63,864 nt of DNA from NCBI GenBank assembly GCA_964483625.1, contig CAZABB010000007.1, positions 1 through 63,864 of the forward strand. The letters are read 5' to 3'. Position numbers and translations under genes: made by a program. The notes beneath the pieces are model-generated. The model ran no database searches and had not been told where the DNA came from. It worked only from the letters and a program-made list of their open reading frames with translations. The DNA comes from an uncultured Planctomycetia bacterium (GTDB lineage: Bacteria > Omnitrophota > Gorgyraeia > Duberdicusellales > 4484-171). This document shows positions 24,377 through 34,695 of the stretch, in pieces. Numbering within the stretch: the stretch's first letter is position 1; each line of letters starts with the position of its first letter.

Positions 24377-25854
24377 CTATCCCAGCAGTAGCGCAAAACA
24401 GTCCCGTAAATACTCCAGAACGGAATAGCAAAATAAGGTAATTCCAGAATAACTTCAAAATTGGCGACAATAAGCCAGTATAACAAAAGCGTACATAATA
24501 AGATCCCCTTGAGATTACGATGCGCCAAAAATTTCCTCACCATACAAATAAATCCGCCCCAGACCGCCAGGATTAACAGGACTCCAACAATACCGGCACG
24601 ATACAACATATGGAGATAGGAATTATGCGGCTCAAGCCACCCGACCCAATTTCCATCTGCCCAGCGAAGAGTTTCGATCGTCCGGGAACGAAACGGTACG
24701 CCAAAATTAACTCCAAATATGTTTCTGTTCTCTAAGAAGTCTAAAAACATATCCCGCCAGACGAATATACGCCACAATACATTGGCATAGGCAGTATGTA
24801 AAGGCCTTGCTTGAGAAACAGGGCTGATTTTACCGTCTTTATTTTCCTCCTTAGGACTCTTTTTCCCAAACATCAAATGAGGCCGCAGCTCGAGCGGCAA
24901 ATAATATAATCTCGTCCTTCTGCTTCCAGATATAACTCTATCCGTATCTGTTTCGGACTTATCTTGATTATTCTGGTCATATACTTTCACAAAGAAGGGC
25001 TTGCCTTGGAAATCGCTCCTGGTATTGATAAATTCAGAAATTTTCTTATATTCCTTTAGATACGGCTCAATTTTAGTGAATGTTTTTATTACCGTCGGAT
25101 CGACCTGCAACGAGAACAAAATCCCCAATGTGACCAAAAGTGAGGCAATCGCCATCTTAAAACGTAACTTTATGTTGAGAAAGTAGCTAAGCCAAATAAA
25201 AAAGAAAAATAAAAGCGCGGCCGCGGCACTAATCAGAATTCCCCGGGTAGAAATATTCAGATAATACATAGCCATGCCGTACACCGCACCGATAATCCCA
25301 CCATATCGGACAACATCATAACGCACCATGGAAAGGATCAGAAAAATAAAGACCATAAAGTTAAAAGTAAAATACGAACTATTCAGATCAAACAAAATAC
25401 TTACGACAAAAAAGAAAAGGAAAAATACCTTCAGTAATCCGTATTGGTCTATGATCTCTTTTCGGGAGAAAGAATATCCCGCCAGAATAAATAAAGGATA
25501 GTAAAAAAGCGCTGAATGACGGAAAGTTAATGGCCCTAATCCCAGATACGCGTATCCCCACCATGCTTTGATGAGAATAAATGCGATATAGCCGACGAGG
25601 CAGAAATGAAACCAGCGAATACGCCGGGCCGAAGATACCCATTGAGGAAGGTATAGAATACTTAGCAGAAAAAAGCAGAAACCCAAAAGCCACTCTCCTA
25701 CAAATACGGGAAAATCTAAAAAAGGCACGAGAACATGGATTTCGGCAAATTGTGACGCAAAAATTGAGTATAATAAGCAGCAGATACCCAGGATAGCTAA
25801 TCCGATGATAGAAATAAGTTGTTCTCGTCCCTCTTGTTTGCCGTTTACGGACAT
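24373..25854 (-). CDS. O-antigen polymerase/ligase family (Wzy_C) membrane protein with large hydrophilic loop
   Basis: About 12 TM helices. A ~150-aa loop is followed by WLEPHNSYLHMLYRAGIVGVLL (Wzy_C motif). The ATG at 25854 (MSVNGKQ) lies 4 nt after the upstream stop; the ORF-track start at 25971 overlaps the GT2 gene. Confidence 0.65.
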   Translation of the reverse strand: MSVNGKQEGREQLISIIGLAILGICCLLYSIFASQFAEIHVLVPFLDFPVFVGEWLLGFCFFLLSILYLPQWVSSARRIRWFHFCLVGYIAFILIKAWWGYAYLGLGPLTFRHSALFYYPLFILAGYSFSRKEIIDQYGLLKVFFLFFFVVSILFDLNSSYFTFNFMVFIFLILSMVRYDVVRYGGIIGAVYGMAMYYLNISTRGILISAAAALLFFFFIWLSYFLNIKLRFKMAIASLLVTLGILFSLQVDPTVIKTFTKIEPYLKEYKKISEFINTRSDFQGKPFFVKVYDQNNQDKSETDTDRVISGSRRTRLYYLPLELRPHLMFGKKSPKEENKDGKISPVSQARPLHTAYANVLWRIFVWRDMFLDFLENRNIFGVNFGVPFRSRTIETLRWADGNWVGWLEPHNSYLHMLYRAGIVGVLLILAVWGGFICMVRKFLAHRNLKGILLCTLLLYWLIVANFEVILELPYFAIPFWSIYGTVLRYCWDS

Positions 25855-25858
25855 AAAA

Positions 25859-26635
25859 TCACCTTTCTCTTGTGCTTCTTGAAAAATATCTTCTTCGCAC
25901 TTGATTAAAATACATCTTCTGCTTTGTAAGATTGATTTTGGATATACACATTGGGTCCTTAACAGAAACATATAGCACCCGGGATAAATACTTTATCCGA
26001 TAGCTGTTTACCATCAGCCGAACGACAAAATCATAATCCTGAGCATACAATAAGGCATCATCATAACCTTGTAATTGTTTCCATACGTTTTTCTTAAAGC
26101 AATAGGTCCCGTGGATAAAGACATTCTTATATTTCATCAAGGCCGGGTACAGGTGTACCGAAAACCAGCGGGGATGAATTGAACCGTCATGTTTAAACCG
26201 CGTACGGCAACAGCAGAAATCATAGCCTTTCTGTAGAAAAGAAATCTGTTCGGCTAAACGGGACCGAACACTTATATCATCGGCATCCTGTCGGGCGATA
26301 CAGCTCCCCCGCGCAACACCAATGGCGCGATTAAGAGATTTAGTCAGGCCCATATTGCTTTGAGAAATAAGACGGATACGGGAATCTTTCCGGCGATATT
26401 GCTCAAGAATCTCTGACGTCGCGTCAGTCGAACCGTCATCGACAATGATAAATTCGAAATCACGAAAGGTCTGATTGAGAACACTTTCAATGCTTTTGTT
26501 CACATAAGGTTGGCCGTTATACACGCTCATGACAACCGATGCCAAAGGAGAAGACTCGCAATCAGCCTGGGAAATTTCAAATGTGCCATAGCCGTCTTTT
26601 TGCGTCATAGGCTTCATCTCATTCATTGCAAACAC
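25859..26635 (-). CDS. Glycosyltransferase family 2
   Basis: ASVVMSVYNGQPYVNKSIESVLNQTFRDFEFIIVDDGSTDAT... and ARQDADDIS (DXD region), the classic GT2 N-terminal domain. Confidence 0.88.
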   Translation of the reverse strand: MFAMNEMKPMTQKDGYGTFEISQADCESSPLASVVMSVYNGQPYVNKSIESVLNQTFRDFEFIIVDDGSTDATSEILEQYRRKDSRIRLISQSNMGLTKSLNRAIGVARGSCIARQDADDISVRSRLAEQISFLQKGYDFCCCRTRFKHDGSIHPRWFSVHLYPALMKYKNVFIHGTYCFKKNVWKQLQGYDDALLYAQDYDFVVRLMVNSYRIKYLSRVLYVSVKDPMCISKINLTKQKMYFNQVRRRYFSRSTRER

Positions 26636-27753
26636 CCGAAAACCGACTTTTCTATATCGGCAACTTTTTGCAAAGAATATTCTTTTGATATTTTTTCAAC
26701 CGCGCGAACCGGCACATCGCGCGAATCCATTTCCTGCATTTTCTTTAGCACAAAAAGAATATCTTGGCTTGCTATGCCTCGAATAAGATATCCATCTTTG
26801 CCGTCCTCGATAATCTCATTTATCCCTGCAGTATCGGTCGCGATACAGATCAAACCACAGGCCATTCCTTCAAGAAGGGTTTTCGGCATCCCTTCATAGC
26901 ACGACGGTAGAATAAAATGCCTGTATCGTCTTAAAATATCCGGCAACGCATTGTTAGGTATGATTCCTTTAAATGAAACGTCCGCTTTTTTTTCCTCTAC
27001 GTACGTTTTAAGATCGTTTTCCAGCTCTCCCCGGCCGTAGATATCCAGTCCCAAGCCCGATCTACTTATCGCGTCGATGAGATTATAAAGATTTTTCTGA
27101 TAGCTTAATCTGCCGACAAAAATAAGACGATCATGGTATTTTTCTTCGCCTCCCGGATAAAACAGCCCGGTATCGATATAATTAGGAAGAACAGTAATTT
27201 TATCCGCGGGAATACGATGTTTTTTCATGAGATATCCCTTCCCGAAATGTGTGGAAATCTCAAGAGCATCGCAATAACAACAGGCTATTTTTTCGATGAG
27301 ATTATACCATCTGACTTTAAGACGAAACCTTGTCTGTCTCTCGATAAAATAACTCAAGACAAATCCACCGCGCACAATGAGCGGTTTCCCATACAGCCAG
27401 CGAGCCAAGACAGCAGCCCAGCTCCCATTGAACTGATTGGTCTTAAAGCCATTAACTTTTTTTAGAACTTTTCTCTGAATAAGAGGGAGCAGAAAAGAAT
27501 ACAACAATTTTCCTAAGGGAAAATTAAATATCCCGGGCATAGGTATCACGCCAATATTTCGAGGGATTTGTTTTTTTTCTTTCAACATTCTCTCATATCT
27601 GCCGTCATCTACGCCATAGGTAAACCAATACACCTCATCCAGAACCTGACGGCGCAGATGTTCCTGGTAAATAAGCTTCTCTCTCTGAATGAGTCCGCTG
27701 TCACACCACACCTTAAGCGACACGCCATAGGTAAAAAACACAGCAAGCTTCAT
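26623..27753 (-). CDS. Glycosyltransferase family 4
   Basis: FVGRLSYQKN...FILPSCYEGMPKTLLEGMACGLICIATDTAGINEIIEDGKDGYL. The ATG at 27753 (MKLAVFFTYG) overlaps the upstream stop as ATGA. Confidence 0.82.
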   Translation of the reverse strand: MKLAVFFTYGVSLKVWCDSGLIQREKLIYQEHLRRQVLDEVYWFTYGVDDGRYERMLKEKKQIPRNIGVIPMPGIFNFPLGKLLYSFLLPLIQRKVLKKVNGFKTNQFNGSWAAVLARWLYGKPLIVRGGFVLSYFIERQTRFRLKVRWYNLIEKIACCYCDALEISTHFGKGYLMKKHRIPADKITVLPNYIDTGLFYPGGEEKYHDRLIFVGRLSYQKNLYNLIDAISRSGLGLDIYGRGELENDLKTYVEEKKADVSFKGIIPNNALPDILRRYRHFILPSCYEGMPKTLLEGMACGLICIATDTAGINEIIEDGKDGYLIRGIASQDILFVLKKMQEMDSRDVPVRAVEKISKEYSLQKVADIEKSVFGCLQ

Positions 27754-28838
27754 GCCGTTACTTCTTTGAACTCGAAGTTTCTCTCTTCTTTTAGGATTTG
27801 AACTATAAGGGATATTCCCCATAAGAACAGCATCGTACCGTGGATATCCGGCTCATACCGACCTCTGGTAATCTTTACGCCGTAATAGTTACTGTTAGCC
27901 CTATTCAAAAAGAAAGAAAACCCCCCTTCTTCTTCATGGTAATACCGCCGATAGACGGAAAGTTTCTTTAACGCAAATTTCTCGATCTCGCCTTGCCGAT
28001 ACGTACGCCCCAGAAGTTTACTTGCGTAATTTAATACCAACATCGTATTAAACAGGTCACAGGCATGTTCATCCTCTTCGGCCCTAAGAGCATAATCGAC
28101 TAATTTTTCCGGATAATCGAATTGCAGCCGATCTATAGCCAAAAGCGCGGTTATTATCTTCATCGCCCCGTTTAACTTAATGCGCAAGGGAACATCCCCT
28201 TTATACCAACAGCCGTCATCACGATGCTGAAGACGGTTAACCCATTCAATCGCATATTGGATAAGCGCCTCATACCGATCCTGGCTCAAATGATTACTCT
28301 TTCGTTGCTGGAGGTAAAAAAACATCAAGTGGCTGAACTGGCTTCCCGCATGCCAGGGCTGATACCAGTTTAACCGTGACAGATAGCCGTCTAACGCTAT
28401 CGTATCATGCGGGAGAATAAACCGGACACTCGAAACAGGTAGATGATACAAACTTAATGCCGAATAGCTCTGCCGGGTATCGGCTCGCCGATAGGTAATC
28501 TTACGCAGGTTGGAAAAATTCATGTGCCGGAGGCAGGAAAAAAAATGGGGTAAAGAAGCCCGGCGATAAATGAACTCATCATAGATCTCTCCGTTTTTCT
28601 TTCGAAAAGAGAGGATATATTTACCGATATTTTTAATATGTTCATTTTTGGGGACGTTCAACGTATGATAGATTTTAAGCGCGAAGACACTTGAGCCCAG
28701 ATTCCAATGTTTCTCCTCGCTATACAGATCCCCGCTGTAGGAATACCGATAGTATCCTTTTTGAATATCACTGCGCATATGGCCTAAAAATTTTAAGACC
28801 ATCTCCCGCAAAGATCTCAACCAGATTTGTTCTTTCAT
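27750..28838 (-). CDS. Hypothetical protein with alpha/alpha-toroid-like repeat motifs
   Basis: 362 aa, soluble. Motifs are RLQHRDDGCWYKGD and YHEEEGGFSFFLN, the same motif types as the 400-aa protein at 16377-17579. No family recognised. Confidence 0.3.
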   Translation of the reverse strand: MKEQIWLRSLREMVLKFLGHMRSDIQKGYYRYSYSGDLYSEEKHWNLGSSVFALKIYHTLNVPKNEHIKNIGKYILSFRKKNGEIYDEFIYRRASLPHFFSCLRHMNFSNLRKITYRRADTRQSYSALSLYHLPVSSVRFILPHDTIALDGYLSRLNWYQPWHAGSQFSHLMFFYLQQRKSNHLSQDRYEALIQYAIEWVNRLQHRDDGCWYKGDVPLRIKLNGAMKIITALLAIDRLQFDYPEKLVDYALRAEEDEHACDLFNTMLVLNYASKLLGRTYRQGEIEKFALKKLSVYRRYYHEEEGGFSFFLNRANSNYYGVKITRGRYEPDIHGTMLFLWGISLIVQILKEERNFEFKEVTA

Positions 28839-28883
28839 GCTATTTCCCGATTCTACACAGATACGTCTTTTCGTTTGAAAGAT

Positions 28884-29858
28884 TTATATATTCCGCCGGC
28901 AGGCCATTTGATCCTGTGTTACCGGATACCCCAATTCACCAAGATCCATATGCAGTTGCGCCCCTAATCGCCCATTACTCGCCGCATAACGGGTTACTAA
29001 TTCCTGATCCTGCCTCAAGAATTGCATATCTAACGTTTTTGCCTTGCAAAAAAGCCTGTTTAACCATCTTGTACTTACTTTTTTAATGCCGTAAAACGTA
29101 TAGCGCAAACGTTGATAAGGATACTCTTCCTTTGTCTCGATCCCTAACGCTTTTAAACTCAACAATAACCGCGCAAATAAAAAATTAACCGGCCGCCAGA
29201 ATCGTAGGACCGGCAACAATTTTGTGCTTTCATTGACGACCTTGCCGCCAGAAGGAGAAACCGGTACTCTTAAAAAAAGAGAGAGTTTCCTGCAGAACTC
29301 ACCAGTATCCTTTTTAAGCAATTCTAACGGCAACACGCACACCGCATCCTTTCCAAATAAGGAGATATAATAAGAAACCAGCTTATCATATTCCAGCTTC
29401 TCCCATAAGCCCAGAGCACCTTCTTCTTCTAAGAATTGAGCGAAACTTCTCGATTCCTCTCCTTTAATCGCGACCCGATAGGTATATATCGACCGGAGAT
29501 ACGAAAATTGATTTCGTACGACAATCAATATTTTTGCCTGCGGGAAAAGCCGGCGTAAATTATCGGCTACCATCATAGGGTTAACCGTCTTATATCCGCA
29601 AGGCATACCGGATAGTTCTTCGTGCGAAAGGACGGTCGCCGGATAAGGATTATTACCGTATTTTCTTCTTATCTCAGCTTCAATCCAATTCTTCACACCT
29701 CGATCGTCACACGTCTCCGACTGGACCATATCCAATACGTGCCGTTTATACCCGGCTAAAAATACATAGTTAGCCTCAATCACCGGAAACACGAATTTCT
29801 GCAGATATGTACTTGCCGCCTTATGATAACCGACATGGATAAAGACCGATCCATTCAT
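28884..29858 (-). CDS. Sulfotransferase-family protein (putative carbohydrate sulfotransferase)
   Basis: N-terminal FIHVGYHKAASTYLQ resembles the 5'-PSB loop (hxxxxKxGTTxLQ). ILIVVRNQFSYLRSIY resembles the 3'-PB strand-helix (xxRNxxxxxxSxY). The size (324 aa) fits. Confidence 0.5.
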   Translation of the reverse strand: MNGSVFIHVGYHKAASTYLQKFVFPVIEANYVFLAGYKRHVLDMVQSETCDDRGVKNWIEAEIRRKYGNNPYPATVLSHEELSGMPCGYKTVNPMMVADNLRRLFPQAKILIVVRNQFSYLRSIYTYRVAIKGEESRSFAQFLEEEGALGLWEKLEYDKLVSYYISLFGKDAVCVLPLELLKKDTGEFCRKLSLFLRVPVSPSGGKVVNESTKLLPVLRFWRPVNFLFARLLLSLKALGIETKEEYPYQRLRYTFYGIKKVSTRWLNRLFCKAKTLDMQFLRQDQELVTRYAASNGRLGAQLHMDLGELGYPVTQDQMACRRNI

Positions 29859-30835
29859 GAATTAACCATTAAACTATTACAGATATCCAGATATCTTCTT
29901 CCCGCATGTTCTATGGAAAACCCGCGGTTTTTTCCCTCTAAACAGGCATATAAATCGCCATAATTCTCGCGAATCTGATCCAGGCTTGTTTTGATATCCG
30001 ATATATCGATACAGACGCCGCAGTTTCCCACAATTTCGGCATTACTACCGCTGGCGACATATAGTACGGGAAGGCCGCTGGAAAGGGCTTCAATGAGCAC
30101 GTTAGAGCAGGCTTCGTGCAAACAGGGGAAAAGAAAAGCATGCGCCTGCTTAAACATCCCGGCTATTTGCTTATGCCCGGCGATGCCATGTAGTTTTACC
30201 CGATGCCGATTGACCTTTTCCGGCCAGCGGCCGATAAAGCTGACTTCTACCCCTTTTAAGAGAGAAAACTCAGCTATCATCCGATGGCCTTTGGAAGGAT
30301 TGAGAGACCAGGAGCAGGCAATAAGTTTAAAGATATCTTTGCCATTCCAAGGAATCTTTCCGTCCATATTAAATATTTTCTGATCGGCGCCATTATGAAT
30401 GAACGTAAAATTGTTCCGATCATATCCCTGTTGCCTAAAAATCTCATGAGCGAATTTACTCTGAAAGATGATATGATCGGCATAGTCGATACACGCAAGC
30501 TGGATATCATCCATCCGACTGCGTTTTCCAGCATATATCGATCTTAAGCCATCCAGACGATAGATAATCTTTAAACGCCGGCGGTTCGGTCCCCTAAATA
30601 TCTTCATCCAAGATGACGAATATCCGAGACGACGAAGGCTGGAAATCTCTTTTATTTTTAACATCTTCCCCGGCGCCTTATACGCCCCATTCAGCAATAA
30701 TATATCGTAGTGAGAATTCGCATCAAAGGTAACCTCAACTCCTTGCGTAAGAAAAAAATCCTTAAGATTGGCGATAAATGAATTACTCCCTCCCCAGGGT
30801 TTATTGATTGTCCTATAGTAAAGACATACTTTCAT
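29855..30835 (-). CDS. Glycosyltransferase, GT4-like (GT-B)
   Basis: C-terminal FLFPCLHEACSNVLIEALSSGLPVLYVASGSNAEIVGNCG. The N-terminal Rossmann starts MKVCLYY...WGGSNSF. Confidence 0.68.
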   Translation of the reverse strand: MKVCLYYRTINKPWGGSNSFIANLKDFFLTQGVEVTFDANSHYDILLLNGAYKAPGKMLKIKEISSLRRLGYSSSWMKIFRGPNRRRLKIIYRLDGLRSIYAGKRSRMDDIQLACIDYADHIIFQSKFAHEIFRQQGYDRNNFTFIHNGADQKIFNMDGKIPWNGKDIFKLIACSWSLNPSKGHRMIAEFSLLKGVEVSFIGRWPEKVNRHRVKLHGIAGHKQIAGMFKQAHAFLFPCLHEACSNVLIEALSSGLPVLYVASGSNAEIVGNCGVCIDISDIKTSLDQIRENYGDLYACLEGKNRGFSIEHAGRRYLDICNSLMVNS

Positions 30836-30836
30836 A

Positions 30837-31823
30837 TTAGCCGGCTAACTCCTGAAATAAGTTTTCATACTCTTTTAAGATACGGGTTGAGGAAAAATGA
30901 CTACGAGTGAACGTCCTCCCTTCTTTTCCCAGCCGCTGCCGTACATCTTTCTGCTCAATAAGCTCAGAGAGAACCACTTGCCATTGTGAAGGGGCATCAA
31001 CAAGCAATGCCGGTGACCCCTGATAGGACGGAACGGGACTTGCGACGACGGGAAGGCCTAACGCCATAGCGTACCCGATGCGGGTAAAGGAATGCCCTAA
31101 ATTATACGGCCGGGAAAGATCCCGGGGAGATATTTTTATGTCACCACTCAGCAACAACTGAGGGATATGGCGGTGACTGTATTGGAAAAACGTATAAGGA
31201 ATAATATCCAGATGAGGGTCTTTCTCACAGATAAGGATGAGCTTTATTCGGTAACGTTCATACAAAGACCTCAACACACCACCGATAAGGTCTAATTCTT
31301 TAGCTTTAACGGCATAACCGCAAAAAACGAGCGTCACCGGATCCCTATTGTTATGCGTCTTCTCCCATGTAAAAAAACGATCCTCAATAATTTCTCCGAT
31401 AAACCTTACGTCCGGATGGTGCCGCAAATACAATTGCCTCAAATGTTCCGAAGACGTAATCACGACGTCAGCGACCCCCAGCATCTTCTTTATCTCCGAT
31501 TGATGCTGCTTCGTTACAAACATCTCATCAGCATCAATATAGTTAACGTTTATGTCGAAAACAACCTTGCCTCCCCGCTTCTTTATTTTATGAGCTAAAT
31601 CAACGGCCTTAGAATTAAACAGTTTCTGAAATACTACAACATCATACCGGGAAAACGGAGAATAAAACCCGGTCTTTATTCTTTGTTTTTTTAATCCACG
31701 CATCACATCATAAACTCTGAGACGGGTTGATGCCATAACTCGCGCATAAGGCAACCTCTGAGGTATAACCCAGCCTATTTTGAAATTATTCAATTCACAC
31801 TCCAGAGGACACATAAAATACAA
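30837..31823 (-). CDS. Glycosyltransferase, GT-B fold (GT1/GT4-like)
   Basis: C-terminal ...SFTRIGYAMALGLPVVASPVPSYQGSPALLV plus a two-Rossmann layout. The motif is weaker than in its neighbours. Confidence 0.5.
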   Translation of the reverse strand: MYFMCPLECELNNFKIGWVIPQRLPYARVMASTRLRVYDVMRGLKKQRIKTGFYSPFSRYDVVVFQKLFNSKAVDLAHKIKKRGGKVVFDINVNYIDADEMFVTKQHQSEIKKMLGVADVVITSSEHLRQLYLRHHPDVRFIGEIIEDRFFTWEKTHNNRDPVTLVFCGYAVKAKELDLIGGVLRSLYERYRIKLILICEKDPHLDIIPYTFFQYSHRHIPQLLLSGDIKISPRDLSRPYNLGHSFTRIGYAMALGLPVVASPVPSYQGSPALLVDAPSQWQVVLSELIEQKDVRQRLGKEGRTFTRSHFSSTRILKEYENLFQELAG

Positions 31824-31827
31824 CTGA

Positions 31828-32739
31828 TTAACTGAAAAGTCTCTCTTCTAAAAGAGAGAAATAACATTGTATTACCCGTTTAAAATAAAGATCTTCTCTT
31901 TTGGCGCACCGGGAACGAAATTCATGACTTTTACGCAAAAGCACATCAAATTGATCAAGCGGCAAACCGCAATCTTGCACGATTTCTTTTGTTCCGCCTA
32001 ACGGATTATAGCAAACCGGGACTCCGCACATAACCGCTTCAACTACCGTATTGGGGCACGGATCGTTTTCGGAAGGAAAATACAGACATTTCATCTTTCG
32101 ATAATAATCAGCCAGCTCCTGACGCGGAACCGCCTCGATCATGGTTACATTGGAATGACGGTCAAAGCGTATAGGTGATTTATTATGATTGCCGACCAGT
32201 AAAAATTTTTCCTGAGGATACCGTCCAATCGTATCGTCTAAGAGATCAAGACGTTTTTTGTCACCTACCGAATTGGTCACATGCCCGATATAATCCCGAG
32301 GCGCATGACGGTCAAAGAAAATCTCCGGGTCGGCTCCATTAAGGATTACCGCATGTTTTTTCGCGTTAAGATGCGGCAATACGTTATTTTTGACGAATTC
32401 ACTCTGAAATACTGTGATATCCGCAAGTTTATTGATTTTCTTAATACGATTATGTTTTTTTTTCCGTACCTTGGATTCATTTTCCTGGAAATGTTCATCT
32501 AAGCGATGAACGATAAAACACCCCGTACATTTAGCCAGCCACAAAAGGAAAAGATTTACTTTATCGGCTATCACGATTGCTTTCGCCGCGGTTAATAAAT
32601 TCCCCGATCGAGGCATCCCGTACTTTTTCAGATAAGAATTAAAATTCCAGGAAAATGTGTTAGCTCCCCCTCCCTGAGCATAAGAGTGGCCTTTTAACGA
32701 AATATAAATTCCCTGTTTAGGCAGCAACCGCTTTTTCAT
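31828..32739 (-). CDS. Glycosyltransferase, GT4-like
   Basis: LYFPSENDPCPNTVVEAVMCGVPVCYNPLGGTKEIVQDCG. The ATG at 32739 (MKKRLLPK) is preferred over the ORF-track start at 32772. Confidence 0.65.
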   Translation of the reverse strand: MKKRLLPKQGIYISLKGHSYAQGGGANTFSWNFNSYLKKYGMPRSGNLLTAAKAIVIADKVNLFLLWLAKCTGCFIVHRLDEHFQENESKVRKKKHNRIKKINKLADITVFQSEFVKNNVLPHLNAKKHAVILNGADPEIFFDRHAPRDYIGHVTNSVGDKKRLDLLDDTIGRYPQEKFLLVGNHNKSPIRFDRHSNVTMIEAVPRQELADYYRKMKCLYFPSENDPCPNTVVEAVMCGVPVCYNPLGGTKEIVQDCGLPLDQFDVLLRKSHEFRSRCAKREDLYFKRVIQCYFSLLEERLFS

Positions 32740-33721
32740 CTTTAATTGACAGCTGACTTTTTTTATTCCCATATTTTCTTTTCTGGGGCAGACCCCACTT
32801 CAAACAGCTTCGACACAAAAACGGCTCTTCCCCCGGATTCCTGACCGCCTGATCAACGCGGCGCCGAAAATCCATATACCGCGGACTTTCCCAGATTTCA
32901 CGAAGCGTCTTATCGTTCACATTCCCCAGAATCTCTTTGCCGGAAACATCGTAACAGCAGGGAACAACATCTCCGTTCCAGTAAACACAGAACATCCGGT
33001 AAATATCCGTACACGGCTTAAGCTGTAAATTGCGACGATAGCTGGAGTTTCGCGGAGTGAGTTCAGGGATACTCTCGGCAAATGTCTTTACCAGAAAAGA
33101 AACACCGATTTCCTTTGCTTTCTTTCGTGCTTGAGGAATTTCATGCTCATTATTCCGTAACGCGATAAACTGCCAGGTTATATTTATATCGCTCTTTTCT
33201 TCGCGAGCAATCTGTGCCATATCCTTCATATTCTGAAATACTTTTTGAAATGTTCCTCCCACCCGGTTTTTCTGATACGTCTCCTCGGTCAGCCCGTCGA
33301 CGGAAAACCGTATAGAATCCAACCCGGCGCGGATAATATTCCGGGAAAATTGGGCATCTAACAACAAACCGTTGGTAAACACCACCGCTTTCAGCCCGTA
33401 TTTTTTGGCTAAATGGATAATATCGACAAATCTATCATGTAAAAGAGGTTCCCCTTGAAACGTGAGCATCACTTCTTTCATGCCAAAATCCCGTGCGTCA
33501 CGCATGATCTTCTCAGCCAAATTAATATCCATCTGCCCCCATGGCCGGCCTAAATCGGCGTGAGCCACCGACTCCTGCTCATTCTGCATCCCCACCAGGC
33601 AATACGGACAATTTAAATTGCAGCGATTGGTCAACTCGATCACAATACGGGAAGGATAAGAAGATGTTTTTTTAAAAAACTTTTTTAGCCTTTTTTTAAT
33701 AAACGATTTTAGATTTTTCAT
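32717..33721 (-). CDS. Radical SAM enzyme with C-terminal SPASM/twitch-type auxiliary cluster domain
   Basis: IELTNRCNLNCPYCLV (CX3CX2C), FQGEPLL, then the C-terminal Cys-rich CTDIYRMFCVYWNGDVVPCCYDVSGKEILGNVNDKTLREIW...FLCRSC. Confidence 0.8.
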   Translation of the reverse strand: MKNLKSFIKKRLKKFFKKTSSYPSRIVIELTNRCNLNCPYCLVGMQNEQESVAHADLGRPWGQMDINLAEKIMRDARDFGMKEVMLTFQGEPLLHDRFVDIIHLAKKYGLKAVVFTNGLLLDAQFSRNIIRAGLDSIRFSVDGLTEETYQKNRVGGTFQKVFQNMKDMAQIAREEKSDINITWQFIALRNNEHEIPQARKKAKEIGVSFLVKTFAESIPELTPRNSSYRRNLQLKPCTDIYRMFCVYWNGDVVPCCYDVSGKEILGNVNDKTLREIWESPRYMDFRRRVDQAVRNPGEEPFLCRSCLKWGLPQKRKYGNKKSQLSIKDEKAVAA

Positions 33722-33726
33722 TGGTT

Positions 33727-34695
33727 TTAAGTAATCATAAAACGAGTGGATATTTTCTTTGCTTTTTTAAGAAACCTTGATACCAAAGAATTTCTTTGAG
33801 ACAACGAACGCTGAATTTGAACAAGGATTTTCCCGTCATAGCCTTTCTTGATCCAATACCGCGTTCCGCGATCGCGTTCATAAATACCGTCTTTTTTCGG
33901 CGGCATCATTCCATAGAAAAGTTCCAATTGTTCAGCCATCATATCTAAATTCTTATCACGTAACGCATAGGCACTAAACGTATCCGATTTATGAGGCATA
34001 ACTTGCGAGTGCCCCGAATAGTTCTCAATAAGGATCCCACCCGGAGAGAGAGCATCGATCAATCCCTGTATCTGATGTGTAGAATTCGGAAGATGTTCAA
34101 ATACCGCTTGAGCTAAAATCAGATCGACATCCTTTAAACGAGGAACCGACATTACATCTTCAATTAAAATCCCTTGTGCATAAGGATTATACAAACGGTT
34201 ACGCTCCATAGAAAATTCTACGGCAAATCGGCAAACATCAGCAGAAATTGTGGTAGCTGCTTCTTGATAATCCTCAGATATCATCCGGGTAAATAATGAG
34301 GATCCGCACCCATAATCTAACACAACCAACTTCTTTTTATACATTACCAAAGGATTAACGATACAATCTATTATCTGGTTGTATAAATCAATCCGCTGAA
34401 AACTCCTGCGTTCGCCGGTGAGGCAGACAAAGATATATTCCTGCCAGGAACGTGAACGCTGCGCGTCATCGATCTCCTGCGGCTTAGAATGCAAAATCTT
34501 CTCGTAGATATCCTGAGATTCTTGAGACATAAACTTCTCGACAATTTTTCGGCGAGCCTGATGAAACTGCTCGGTTTGCTGACTGGGCTTAAGACGCTGG
34601 GGCGGTACCGCTTTCTCAAGAAGAGCCACGTCTAATCCAAAATAGTCGGATATCTCCTGGTGCCACTTACTTTTTCTGATATTGCGCCTGGTCAT
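33727..34695 (-). CDS. Class I SAM-dependent methyltransferase
   Basis: Motif I VVLDYGCGSSLF, motif post-I ISADV, motif II LILAQAVFEHL, and GGILI. Confidence 0.75.
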   Translation of the reverse strand: MTRRNIRKSKWHQEISDYFGLDVALLEKAVPPQRLKPSQQTEQFHQARRKIVEKFMSQESQDIYEKILHSKPQEIDDAQRSRSWQEYIFVCLTGERRSFQRIDLYNQIIDCIVNPLVMYKKKLVVLDYGCGSSLFTRMISEDYQEAATTISADVCRFAVEFSMERNRLYNPYAQGILIEDVMSVPRLKDVDLILAQAVFEHLPNSTHQIQGLIDALSPGGILIENYSGHSQVMPHKSDTFSAYALRDKNLDMMAEQLELFYGMMPPKKDGIYERDRGTRYWIKKGYDGKILVQIQRSLSQRNSLVSRFLKKAKKISTRFMIT

